A stretch of DNA of 64,000 nucleotides. Origin: a virus. The stretch is from IMG/VR virus record IMGVR_UViG_3300045988_154156; one strand, written 5' to 3'. A program made the translations under genes and the position numbers. Below, piece by piece: positions 48,170 to 61,400 of this stretch (the stretch's first letter is position 1; every line of letters starts with the position of its first letter). The notes below the pieces were generated by a model. The model was given only the letters and a program-made list of their open reading frames with translations. It was not told the DNA's origin and did no database searches.

Positions 48170-49858
48170 TTAAAAGCTACCCCATTGTAATTCAACATTA
48201 ATTTTAGCAGCTTCTGTACTACTACCATTAACACACTCAACAGCTAATGTGTTACTATTAATTGTAATAGGAGCTAATTCTGTATCTACTTGATCTACTT
48301 TAACTACTGGAGTTAAAATATTACCATTACCAGCATGAGGAGCAGCTTCAATTATAGCATGAGTATCTTTTAATGTATAAGTTTTAGGAGTAACTTGTAA
48401 AATATGACCATTACTATCAATTTCAGTAGGATCTTGAATAGTAATTTCTAAACTACCATTTGAACCATATTCAAGAGTTTTAGAAATAGCAGTAGCATTT
48501 GATTTCTTTGTTGCTACATGTTTTAAGGTAACTACTTTTGTTTTATTAGTAGTAGCTGCTTCAACTCGCAAACTATCATCGGTAGCAATTTCGAAAGTAA
48601 GAAGTTCATCACTTAATCCTCTAAAAATTGAGAAATTAGGATTAGATTTATTAGCTCCTAATGTATCACCAATTTCAACTAAAGGTTCATCCGCCGAAGG
48701 CACATAGACCCAAGTTAATTGATCGCTAGGAATTAAACCATTTGCCCCTTCTTCACCAGAAGCAATAAATAAATCTCCTTGACGTACCTTATAACCATTA
48801 TATAAACTCTCATTGGCATCATTATAAATAAATACATCACCATTATGCAAATTAGAAGTAGTATAATTTGTATTTTCAAACGTAAATACTCCATCAGCAA
48901 TTCTAGTAATGGCTCCACGATAAACCATTGCATTTAATGTACGATTAAGATTATTAATTTCCTCTTTTGTATATACATCTAAAGTAGCCGCTCCATCTGT
49001 AAAATGGACAGAAACTGGATTATCAACACCATAAGTAATAAGAGGATTAATGGTCTAAGAAATTTGTTGGCCTTCAACGGCACTACCAGTAACAGTAAAT
49101 TGAAAACCTTCTCCTGCATTATCAACAGTAAAATCTTCAACTTTATTCTTTAAAGTTAATTTATACTAATTAGATTCTGCATTAACAGTTTCAAAATTTA
49201 AATTATCATCTGGAATAATAGCAACAGTAGTGCCGCTATCATTTTCAACACCAATATTTTTTAAAGTAATATTTAATTTTTGATGAGTTGTATCTTCAGC
49301 AGAAACATTTTCAATAGAACTCTATAATTTATAATCAATACCATCTAATTTAAAAGTTACGATATTATTAATAGTATCTACATCAAGAGTAATATGTTCT
49401 CCACCGACAAGAGTATGAACTTGAGTAATTGAATTTCCAGCAGTATCAGTAATAGTCTAAGTAATTGTCGCTTTATCTGCTTCCGGATAACCTACTTCAA
49501 TTGAACTAGTTTCACTACTTAGCGTAGTGTCAACATTAGTCTAAACCCAATTTTTACCATTACTAATACAAAGAATATTATCCTTACTAACATAGTAAAA
49601 ATTACCTGCATTTAATGCATTAGGAGTTGGTAAGTTTGCGGTAGTTTCAACATTCGTAATACCCTAATTAACAGGGGCAATATTAGTCGAATTAACACCA
49701 TAATATAATCTACCTGGTTTGCCTAACGAATCAGCAGTTGCTCCAGCAGTATCATCAATTACTAAATAAAAAGCACCAGGCTAATATTGACCAGCTGCAC
49801 ATAAAGCTTCAAATTGGGCTTGAGTGCCTTTTAAAAATTTTACAGCTTCACTCATTTA
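48170..49858 (-). CDS. Tail fibre protein (about 562 aa) with N-terminal motif FLKGTQAQFEAL…YLVIDD shared with the next gene
   Basis: RBS AAAGGAGAG; ORF 48170-48928 in frame with ATG 49858; about 9 TAG. Confidence 0.55.
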
Positions 49859-49863
49859 TTATT

Positions 49864-50547
49864 TCACTCTCCTTTAATATCTTTCCAAGTTAAAGTATTT
49901 TCAAGAGCACTTACACGATTAGTTAAATCAGTAGAAGTCTCTAAGAATGTATTAACTTGACTTATAGTTTCCTCAGATAATGTACCAACAACTTTTTTCC
50001 AAATACCATCAGCTGCTAAAAATCTATCAGCAGGACCCTTAGTTGGCACAGGAACTAAACCGCTAGTACCATCTTCAGTTTCAGTAGCTCCTGTCATTAT
50101 TGTGCCAACAGGAATTGACATCCATGCACCGTTGTCAGTTAGAACTTTTCCTTCAATGCCATTTGGATTAACTGGGATAAGTCCATTTTCAGTACCATTA
50201 AAAACAGGAACATATCTAACAACATTTTCTTTTGTTAAAATTCTATCAACCAATGAACTAATTAAAGTTTCATTATTAGTTAATTGAGTATTAACCCAAC
50301 GAGTACCATTATAAATTAATACATCATCAGTATTTAAATTATTGATAACTATATCAGCTAATTCTGATAGTTTACCAGCAGTATTTAAACCACTACTAAT
50401 TAAACGAGTACCTAAATATAATTTACCTGAATTATCTTCAGCGCTAGTAATAAAATATAAAGTATCTTCATCCTTAATCTTTAAAGAATCATAAGCGACT
50501 TGAGAACCTCTTTGGAATTTAACATATTTTTGGGTAATATCTGGCAA
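49864..50547 (-). CDS. Tail fibre protein paralogue (about 227 aa) with N-terminal KFQRGSQVAYDSL…TLYFIT motif
   Basis: Intact ORF 49864-50556. Likely TTG start 8 nt after GGAG. TGA stop immediately before the next gene's RBS. Confidence 0.55.
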   Translation of the reverse strand: MPDITQKYVKFQRGSQVAYDSLKIKDEDTLYFITSAEDNSGKLYLGTRLISSGLNTAGKLSELADIVINNLNTDDVLIYNGTRWVNTQLTNNETLISSLVDRILTKENVVRYVPVFNGTENGLIPVNPNGIEGKVLTDNGAWMSIPVGTIMTGATETEDGTSGLVPVPTKGPADRFLAADGIWKKVVGTLSEETISQVNTFLETSTDLTNRVSALENTLTWKDIKGE

Positions 50548-50611
50548 TTTAATCACTCCTTTTTCTGTTTCTTCCTTTTATTTATAAAAGTTATCTCAAT
50601 AAATTTATAAA

Positions 50612-50640
50612 AGCTTGGCCTATTAGACCAAGCCTTTATT
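50612..50640 (-). terminator. Weak stem-loop/terminator (AGCTTGG…CCAAGCT) after the 50642 gene
   Basis: 7-bp stem with a G-U wobble; T-rich tail on the - strand. Confidence 0.35.
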
Positions 50641-50641
50641 A

Positions 50642-52753
50642 TTAACTAGTTGTTGTAGAATTATCTTCTAATATTTTAATTCTTTCTGCTAATGTATCAA
50701 TATATGCACATAATTGTTGAATAGTTTTACTGTCGTTATTTACAGTAAATTTATCAGTTGTCTAAATATATGTATTTGGAATTGAATCTAATTTCGCATT
50801 CCATGCAGTTCTCTCTTCTGGAGTAATATGGATATTACTATTAGTATGAGTGTCTAAAGCGCTCTATAAAGCACGACTATTAATATTAGTAGTTAAATTA
50901 GTTTCTAAAGTAGATAATTTATTAGTAACTTCTGTATCCCAATCACTAATTTTAGCATGGGTTAATGATGGGATATCATCTGCTTTTAATGATGTTCTTG
51001 TTACTTTAATTTTACCTTTTTCTTCTGACACAGCAGTAACAAATTCTTTACTTATCGCCTAATCTTCAACTTTTAATGTATCAATCTTATTATTTACATA
51101 ATTTTCTGCCGCGCTTAAATTCGAAGCTAATTTAGTTGAAATTGCGTTAATACTATCTTTTAAGGTAGAAGTACTATTAAGCCCCAAATCAGCATTTGTA
51201 TAATCTTCAACACCGATTTGTAAATTACCTAAATAATCTTTTATTTCAACAAATTTTCCGTTTTCTGGAGTAAAAGTTAAGCTTGTAATTACATTACCAG
51301 TATCATCTGATTGATAAGAGCCTTTTGGGATAGTAATATTTCTAGTCTCGCTCTAAGATATTACATGTCCACAATCATCTACAGTAAAGCTTGGAATTTC
51401 TATTGTTTCACCAAATTTAGGAGTCTAATTTGCATTTGGTGCTATTGTTTTATTATCTAACTTAATGGAAGTATGGAATAATTTAAACTATGTTAATTTA
51501 TTATCAGCATTAGGAATAGCTTTATAATTAATCCAACTATCTCCAAGAATTTCTGCCGATTTAATAATTTTATCTCCAGTATCAGCATCTTCTTCTGGAG
51601 AAGCATATAATAATTTACTAGCTTCTAAATTAACATTATTAAACTTTTTATTTAATCTATTTAAAGCGCCAGAAACATTATTAGGATTATAATTTAATTC
51701 TCTTTCTTCACCATAAAGTAAGTCATAAACGCGACAAGCAGCATTTCCAAGACCAGGTAATTTAATTACAAGATTTTTAATATCATTAGTTTTATATTCA
51801 CCTGTTATACCGTCCTATTCAACATCATAATAATAAGGATAATTAGTAGTACCTAAAGTATAAGTAATACTATTTTCTTCATTACTAAGATGATGAATTT
51901 TTTCATCAAATCCAGCAGCATTAAAATCAATATTCTAAGGATCTAAATTTAATAAAAAATTAGTAGGCACTTGAATACGATAATTAATATTTGTACTATT
52001 AATTTCATCAATAGAAACATACGGAGGCCAATAAGGAGTTCCATCAGGATTAGTATAAACAGAATAATATTTTCTATCAGCTACAAAAGGTCCAGTGTCT
52101 TGTACATAAGATGTTCCATTAAAATAATAATACTTATTAGGCTAATAAGTATCTTCGTTTAAATCTATTAGAGTGTAAATATCTTGTGGTGCTTGAGGTA
52201 AAATTTCAAATACTGGAACTATAGTATTTAATTCAGCAATCTATACATATTTTTCTTCATTATTAATAAATTGTTTAATCCAAACTGTTGAATCATATCC
52301 ACGTCCATATTTTTGGTAATCAATATCATAATTTAATTTATAGGCTTCGTCATCTGGGGTATTTTCTATTACACTATATCCAGATAATTTTTTCCATATT
52401 TGATTACGTGAACTATTTTCTAATACGCCTTGATAATAATCATATCGAGAACCAGAACTAAAATTTACTCTTGCTTTTACTATTTTACGTTCAACCCAAG
52501 GAACAATATATATACTGTCTCTTTTAGTAGGATCACTATAAAAAGTATTAATACGAGTAGTTAAAGAACCATCAGTATAAACTTCTTGAATATCATTTAA
52601 AACAGTAGCACCATATTCAACTAACACATAACGTCCTAAAAATACACCATCACCAAGGGCACAATCAGCATCCATATCACGTCTATTTGCATAAATTTTA
52701 TCAAAGGAGAATGTAGTCTTTGATGTATTTGTTATATTACCATAAAAACCCAT
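50642..52753 (-). CDS. Tail fibre/structural protein (about 703 aa)
   Basis: RBS GAGGAGGGA before ATG 52753; ORF 52241-52783 in frame; continuous to TAA 50642-50644; C-terminal coiled/beta-rich region; about 10 TAG. Confidence 0.5.
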
Positions 52754-52754
52754 A

Positions 52755-53102
52755 TTATCCCTCCTCGTATAAAATATCCACAATTAAATAAGCATTGGTA
52801 TTTTGATTAATTAAATTCATGGAAGCTTTATCAAATTTAATAGAAGTTATATAAGAAATTCCTTCTAAATCTAATTCATAAATACCAGTACTTCCAACCA
52901 TAACACTATTATCACTTTCATTTAAATAAAACTTAACTCCAGGTACTGTCTAAATACCTAACTAAGTAATTAATACATTATTACCATTAATTTTAAATGC
53001 GGAACCATTAATTAATTTAGTCATACCTAAAGAAGTTCCACCGGGATAATTTTTTACATTATTTTCATTGTAATAACGAATCTATTTAATTCGCTTTGCC
53101 AT
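52755..53102 (-). CDS. Small structural protein (about 115 aa)
   Basis: RBS GGAGGAAC; 3 TAG; TAA overlaps the next RBS. Confidence 0.45.
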
Positions 53103-53115
53103 TTAGTGTTCCTCC

Positions 53116-55431
53116 TTAATATACTTTTGATATAGCTTTGGTGGCACTAATAGACATTGTTCCATTATAACTTAACGGAATAGTTAATTTATTAACTAAA
53201 TATTCTCCTTCTACGCCACTTTTTTTATCTTCAATATAAATTCTAGTATTTGGTTCTAAATAATAAACTGGTAAAGTAGTTATTGTACTACTTTCAGTAC
53301 AATAAGCAGTTGTCTATAATAAATCTTCCATTTCATCAATGGCACTTTTACCCATAGAACTAATACTAAAATAATTATCATAATTTTTAGGGACATTTAC
53401 CCAAACATATCCAGTTTCTTGAGGATAATTATTTTCAACAATTCGATCATAGTCTCCTTGATTTAAAAATAACACTTCAGGTACATCTCTATAACTTATA
53501 ACTTTTATATTAGTATCATTAACTGCTTTTGTTCTATCACCAATTAACTTTATTGAATACTTGCTAATATCACTATTTTCTTCTCCAATAAAATCAAACC
53601 AAAAATCTAAATTTTCTGGATATTGCTTAACATTATCATAGAATGTACGATGTTCAAAATCATAAATCTAACGCCAAAATGAAAAAATATCAGCATAATA
53701 TGTTTCATATCCAGTTACTCCAGAAGGATAGAGAGTAGGGTTGGCGGCTGCTACTTTATGGAGAAAATCATCACCATAATTATATTGATAATAATCAACA
53801 GCCATACGATATATAATTTCGCGCCAATCACAATAAATTATACCTGCCGGATCTCCATCTTCAGGGTAAGCTTTAAATGTTTGCTATTTTAGCTATAAAT
53901 TCATTGTTTGAAATATTTCATTATTATAAGTTAAAGTTTTATATCTATTAATATCATCTTGAGTAACTATAATAGTTGTATATTGAACAGGCTTTGTGTC
54001 AATAGCATAACGCATATGGATTGGAAGTTCTTCTCCACTTGCGGATTTGCGCTATCCCCAAATTGAAAAATCATTTCTTAATATATTAATCTAAGGATTA
54101 TTAGCGAACTAAGTTACTATCTAACTATCCTTAAATGAATAAGTATAAGAAGAAGAATAAACTGCCGGTTTAATATAACTTTCTCCTTCTGATTTTTTAA
54201 CTATATTATTCCATGATTTAAAATCGTAAAATTTTTTGCGCTAAAAAATAAACCTACCATCAATATCATAAAAATATTCAAAACAACTTAACATATTCTT
54301 AATTTTGTCTAAGACTGATGTTAAAGTATCACCAACATTAGTTATTAAATCTCCAGCATATACTAAATCACAAATTCGATAACCGACTGGTTCTCCATAC
54401 GATTTTTTAGCAATAGTATAAACTGTAGGATTAGGCGTATCTAAAGATAAAATAATTCTAGTTGGCTAATTTTCTTCTCCTAATAACTTATAAGAATCTA
54501 GCTAATCAAATATAATCTATTCAAGAGGAATTGGTCCATGACTTATTTCTTCATATAAATTAGGAAGATTATCTCCAATTACTACATTCACTACACGACC
54601 TGTCTCAGCATCTCTAAAGAAATACATATCAGCATCACATTTATTTTGTAATAATTCATAACCATATTCATCTAAATCATTAATAACAATATTAGATTCT
54701 AATTCTTTACCATAAACCATCAAGGCTTTTTTAATAATAGTCTTAATAGGTACTTTAACTAAATCTAAAATACGTTCACGATAATAATAAGTTCTATTTT
54801 CTGTTTTAATTTCATTTTCGTCTAAAACATAATATATTTTCTCATTGCCATTAGTAGCAATATAATAATTATTATACTTTTTTGCTTCTTCTTCACTATT
54901 CACTCTAAAACAGTAATGTCCAGCATCATAGTTAAAATCATTATCTTGAACAATATAATTATATTTAATAACTTCTTCCTAACCAAAGTCAATAGAAGCA
55001 GGTAAACTTCCTCCAAGGTCACCGTTTAATAAACACATTTTATCTTTACCTTGAATAGAAATTGTATAATTACTAGCGCTTTGAGAAGTATTAAAAGAAG
55101 TTATTAAATAAATACCTTCATTAAACCAAATAATATCAGGGTAATTTGAATCAATAGTATTTTTTAAACCAACAGCAAGATTAAATTTAGATTTTAGTCC
55201 CCACATATATTGCTTATATAACTAATCATTTGTTACCATAGTCAAAGAACAAGATCTGCGGACAGCAGATGACCCATCAATATTAATAGATCCAGTCGTT
55301 ATCTTGCCTTCAATCGTTTCTATTGGTAATTCATCAAAAGTCATTAACTCAATACGTGCATAAACTTCACGTTCATGGAGACTATCTAATTTTCTTAAAA
55401 ATTCTTTATCAAGATTCTATTGATGTCTCAT
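53116..55431 (-). CDS. Virion structural protein (about 771 aa)
   Basis: ORFs 54979-55206 and 54517-54903 and the terminal segment are all in the same frame; ATG 55431; TAA 53116-53118; about 17 TAG. Confidence 0.5.
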
Positions 55432-58288
55432 AATTATTTATAGCCTCTTTCAAATATTTAATAAATAAATTATATTTATTATTTACATCAGCTTGCTTAG
55501 TTTTTATCATATCATTATAAGTTCTTAACTACGATTCATACAGAGAAGCGTTGATTGAATTTGGAGTAAATGGTAACATATAGACTCCATCATCTGAATT
55601 ATCATCTTCTCCGCGCTTTAGTCCCTGATATACCTATAAATCATTATAAGCTTTTTGCCATTCAGTTTTTAACTAATAAATAGTCTTTTCAACATAAGTG
55701 TTTCCAGTAAAAACTTTATATTTAGTACTATTATCGTTTTCAAAAGAAAATACTTTCTCTTGACGTTGAATAGATAATTCACATAAAATCCCAGGATCAA
55801 TTTCTACTGAAGTAATATCACTTAAATCAGTAACGAAATATTCATTTTTATGAGTAATATCAATTAATTCTTTATCATCATTATTAAAACGAATTTTATA
55901 ATCCCATTCATCTTCTGTAACTAATCGGCCATTATAAGTGATTGGCTTCTAAGTATTACCATCATAAAAATAAGGCACAGAATCAGTAGGAGGATTATTC
56001 ATTTCTGTTGATAAATTATAAACCTTATAAATTAAAGATCTATCAAAAGAAGTTAATAAATCATTTGATTTTTGTTCACGAGCGCCACCAGGAGATAAAT
56101 AGAATTTCTTTCCATCTAAAGTATAAATAGTCTATAATTCTCGTTTAGTAAAACGCATAAAATAAATCTTTAATACAGTATATTTTAAGTCATCCTAATA
56201 CTAATCTAAAATATTGCCGCCATCCACACTATAGCATTGCTCTAATGGTAAATCAGCGATTTTAACATCTTCTATAATATCAAATTTGCTTTCTTGAGTT
56301 CCCATAAATGAATACTCGATAGTTCCTTGCTAAATACCCTAATCAGAAATGTTTACAATTTCTAATGTATATACTGGCATTGAATGGTCAATTAAATAAG
56401 CACCAGTAACACCAATAACTACTTCTTCATTATTAATTTTAAATTTGTCTCCTGCGCTAAATCCTTGTAAGCGCAATGTTATCGCAGGCCCATTAAAGAT
56501 TAAATTTTCTGTATATAATCTTTTATGAGTGGGATTTAATGAATCATTTTCTACTTTACAAAATTGATAAGTAGCTAGTAATGATTCAATATTAACCTCT
56601 AATTCTCTTTTAGTTTGATTTAACTTATTAATAGATTCAGTATTTGTTTCCGTTGTTAATCTATCAATACAATCATTATAACTTTTAAGGCAACTATTTA
56701 ATTTATAAATCCCATAAAGAGATAAACTATTCCATTTAAGAATTTCACTATTAGGTTCATCAGCATCAACAAATCCATAAGAATTAAGATTATCAAAAGT
56801 AACCTTATCAATCTCATAAGCTGTTCCTTTAAATGAATGTAACATACGTCCTAATGTATCTTGCGGAGTTAATGTAACATTTAAAAGTCTAACAATAAAA
56901 TTGCCTTCTGCCGGAGATTTAAACAATTTAGGCTTTCCGTTAGTTAAAAATTCTAAAACTTTAGTTTTAAATTGACGCTCTATATTATAATTATAATCTG
57001 TTAAATCAGTGCTAGTAAAATCCTTTATTTCATCATTTCCTAATTTATTTATAAATAAATGACTTTCATCTTGTAAATAAGAAATTAGCCCACCAATAGG
57101 AAATTCATGATAATAAGTATTTCCATTACGGAAAATATAAGGATATTGACTTCCTATAGTATCCATTTTAGTTTCTAAAGTATTAATTTTAAAACTTTCT
57201 ACTTTAGGATTAAATCTAATTTTTAACAATCTACCATTTTCATATAAAAAGCTATCTTCAAATATACTATAAATTATATTAGATAAAATTTTATTTGAAC
57301 GCAAAGAAGTTGCATCACTATACTATTGAATAGCATACTGATAAGAAAATCCATGCTCAACAGTAAAGTCTTTATATAATACACGACTAGGCGCTTCACC
57401 AGTTAATTTAAATTTAAGAATAGGATTCCAAGAACTATAGTTATCTTCACTACTAGCTCTTAAAAGAATAAAAGCTCCAGTAGCAGGAATCTCTGATTTA
57501 GTAGCAGCATCTTTAATACCTTTTAAATTAATTTGCGCAAATCCATTATTTTCATCCATGACTGCTTGTAAAGTAGCACGAATTTCAGGGTCAATCGTTT
57601 CTCTATTAATAATACGATATTCAGGACTAGTCGCCTCATAATTATTAATTGTAGTAACTTTATACTAAATATAATAATTTTTACCTTTAATTAATTCTTT
57701 ATTTAACTCAAAACTATCATATGACTCATATAACTGTTCATCATTGATAGTGTTATGTAGCTATTCTCCAGAAGTAGCAAATACATTATGGTATTCATCA
57801 TATACAATAAATTGATAAGAATAAACTCTTTCAGTTACATCACCATTATATTGACTATAATGACCAATAAAATTAGTTTTATTAATACCAATACCACCTG
57901 ACTCCAATCCTTCAATTTCTACTTTTGGATCTGTAGTATATTTAACAATACCAACTGTAGAATAATATCCTATAACTTTATTATTATCAATATAAGCTAA
58001 TTGAACCTTATAAGACTACCCTAAATTTAATTGAAAAGCATTGCCATTAATTTGTTTAAACTTTAATTGGAAAGTAATTGAACCACTATTAATAGCATCT
58101 TGTGCTTGAGATGAAACAATCTAACCTTGCGCAATTACTACATTACTTTGTATAGTTTTAAATATATAAGCGAATCCACTAACTTCTGCCGCACTTACAG
58201 TTTGATTCATCTGGAACGGAATAGTTAATTCCGTTCCAGTAAATGCAGGTAGCGTTCCACTTATATAAGGCGGATATAATTTATTCAT
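55409..58288 (-). CDS. Virion structural protein (about 959 aa)
   Basis: RBS AAGAGGAGGA before ATG 58288; ORFs 57323-57559 and 56339-57304 in the same frame; TGA 55409-55411; about 16 TAG. Confidence 0.5.
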
Positions 58289-58291
58289 AAA

Positions 58292-58453
58292 TTATTCCTC
58301 CTCTTGTTTTTGTTGTGTATTATTCTAACGATAAATGAATTCTTTTAAACTTTTAATACATTCTCCCATTAAAATAGTATCTTCACCTTTCGTAGAAATA
58401 CAAATTAATGTGTTATATAAAGCATTTAAATAATTTAAATCCTCTTTATTCAT
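58292..58453 (-). CDS. Small protein (53 aa)
   Basis: ATG overlaps the upstream TAA (TAATGA); 1 TAG. Confidence 0.35.
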
Positions 58454-61400
58454 TAGTTTTTTTCCTCCTTTAACTCTTTCACTTGAAGCTTTAATTCTTC
58501 AATCTCTTTCATTAAATCTTGTGTGACTGCAATATTTAATGTAAATAAACTATTATAATTTAATGATAATAATTGTTTTTCATCTTTTTTTATTAAACTA
58601 TTATCATTTAAATTATTTTCCTGTAAAATATTTTCAATATCCTAAGCAATAAAACCTAAATAAGTTCTATCAGATAATTTATATTTATAACTAACAGGTT
58701 TTAATTCACTAAATAATTTTTTATAATCATTAATATGATTATAACTAATATTAGTTTTTAATCGTTTATCAGATTTTACACTAATTTCTTCGCTAGAGAA
58801 ACACCCTGAACCTGTTACATAAATCTAATTACCATAATAATACATAGAAGCACCACTATTAGAAGCAGCAACATATCCTCCATTAGCAGCATACATCTAA
58901 ATACCTCTTGTACTTCCTGCTCCACTACTACCTACATAAGAATACTCAATTCCACCATAGCCACTACGAGAAGAATCTAATTTTGAAGCTAAACCATTAA
59001 TTGCACTCTATGCCTAAGAAGCAGCACTCTATGCCTATTGAGCTGCGCTAGCAGCAGCATTAGCAGCCTCTTTAGCATCTTCAGCTGTCGTCTATAAATA
59101 TGTTAAAATTGAATTTAATGAAGTAGTATCATTATTATCAAACCAACTTAAACGCCCATTTTTATATTTAATATAAATATCTCCATTGAATGTTCCTGTA
59201 TTAGCCCACACATACCCATTATTTAAATCAATCTTCATACCAATTTTACCATTATCAGCATAATTTTTTGATTGTAAATAATAACTATTATTACCAACAT
59301 TCATTAAAGTATCATATCCAACTGGATCTCGAATAGTCAAATAATTTGTGCTATTAGCACCGCTATTAATTGTAAAAACTGAACTGCCTTTTATTTTACA
59401 ATCTAATAAATTACTCTCTAAATTAAGTAACATACCATTACCATTAGTAATATCATAAGTAGCAGATTTTAAAAGACATTGATTACCATCTAATATAATA
59501 CGACCTTTACCATCTTTACCAAAAAATGCCGTACCATCTTCTCTTAAAGCGAATGACTATTCTCCTTGATGGAATCCATATATGCCACACTAACCACTAA
59601 TACTATTATCTGATATTGATTCACCATTAGGGCTCCAATCGCCCATCAATACACCAGAAAAAGTATTATCATCATTTTTCTTACCGGCAGCAATCTAACT
59701 AGCTAAAATGCTTCCGCTTGCTTCATTTAATACTAAAGACTTACCATCCCATTTATTTATCATAGATGAAGGATACTTATTCTATAATATTAAAATAGGC
59801 TAAGTCCATAAAATATTTCCCTAAGCATTTTTACACTGTACCGCATACTAGGGAGCACCATTTACATATATTGCTAAAGGATATAAATATGATTTATTAT
59901 TAATTACTTTAATAATTCCATAAAAATCAGATTCAGCAGTAGAAGTTCTTCTATAATAAGTTCTAGAGCCAGAACTGCTATATACTTTTTCATAATAATT
60001 AATTGTTCTATAAGTAGTAGAAATTAAATTATTATTACTATCCTTTATATAATAACTTTCTCCATCAATCGGATTTCCTACAATATCAGTCCCTAAAGTT
60101 TTTTTATAATAATTTAATTTATTAAATATAGAATATACATAATTATTATTATTTCCACTCCTAATATAACAATTACTGTAATCAATAATATCACCATTAG
60201 GAATTACTTTATAACTATCTTTACTTGCATCTAATGAATATAGTGATGGTCCAGTATATATAAATTTATACATAATATTATTTTGTTTAAAATAATAAGT
60301 AGATAACCGTACTAAATCATTAAAAGTACAAGTAGTAGTCGCACCATCAGAACTTTCATCTATTTCAGAAACATAGTATTCTTTAAAATCATAAGAAATT
60401 ATTGTATTATTTTTAAAAATATAATAGGTGGTATTATATTTCCATGAATTTTTATTAACAGACTAATATTTTGTAAAATATAATTCTTCAAAATCAAAAG
60501 GATAAATTGCACTATACTAAAACTAAGAATCACTAGCTAAAAATCTATATTCTTTTCCAGATTCTAAATCACTTATAGAAGTAATTTTTTCTCCATTAGT
60601 ATCATAAAGATTATTTATTAATTTATTATAACTAATAATAGAAGTCTAATTATAAGGTCCGCTACTATTAGTACGCTTAGTATTTTTTATAGTATATCTT
60701 TTATCAGGAATTTTCTAAATATCAATAATAGATAAATCACTTATTTTAGAATTTTTATCATAACTAATATCTTTATAAATTCCCTAAAGAGTGCTATAAT
60801 CTTCATTGGAAACATCATAATAAGCATAATATGGAAATTTATCAATTAAATTATTAATAGAAACAATTACTTTATTAGTTGCTAAATTATAAAATGTTTG
60901 AGCATCATAATAAGCAGAAATATAATTGCCTGTAGCTTCATCCTTCTAAAAATATAATGTTCCATCTATTAAATTATTAGGAGGAACTAAAGTATATTTT
61001 ATATCCTAACTACTTTGATAAAAAACAGTACTATCTATTGGCAAATAAAAATTCAACTAATCAATATCATTTGAACTAGCACTTACGTATAAATATTTAC
61101 CATTATCATCGCGTATATATCCGCTCGATACTTTTTTATATAAATCCTAATATTTAAAAAGATAAGAAATTGAACCATTTGAATTATAATAAGTTTCATT
61201 ATTAATTAAATCCCAATAGCTATCAACTAAAGTATATTTATTTTTGCTAGGATTTAATCTATAATAAGTCTAAGAAATTCCACTATATACAACTTCTGTT
61301 ACTCTATCTTCAAGATAATATTTTTTTCCTATGGTTGGATTAGAAACTAATCTAAAAGTCATATTAGAAGATAAAGTAGTTGGAATATAAATATCTTCTC

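Noticed and set aside
23600-52162. Numerous short + strand ORFs inside the minus-strand virion module (for example 23600-23803, 24407-24604, 27526-27913, 45786-45971, 50102-50287, 50850-51062, 51971-52162)
   Set aside because: They are antisense to long, motif-bearing minus-strand frames, they lack RBSs, and they are typical AT-rich spurious ORFs.
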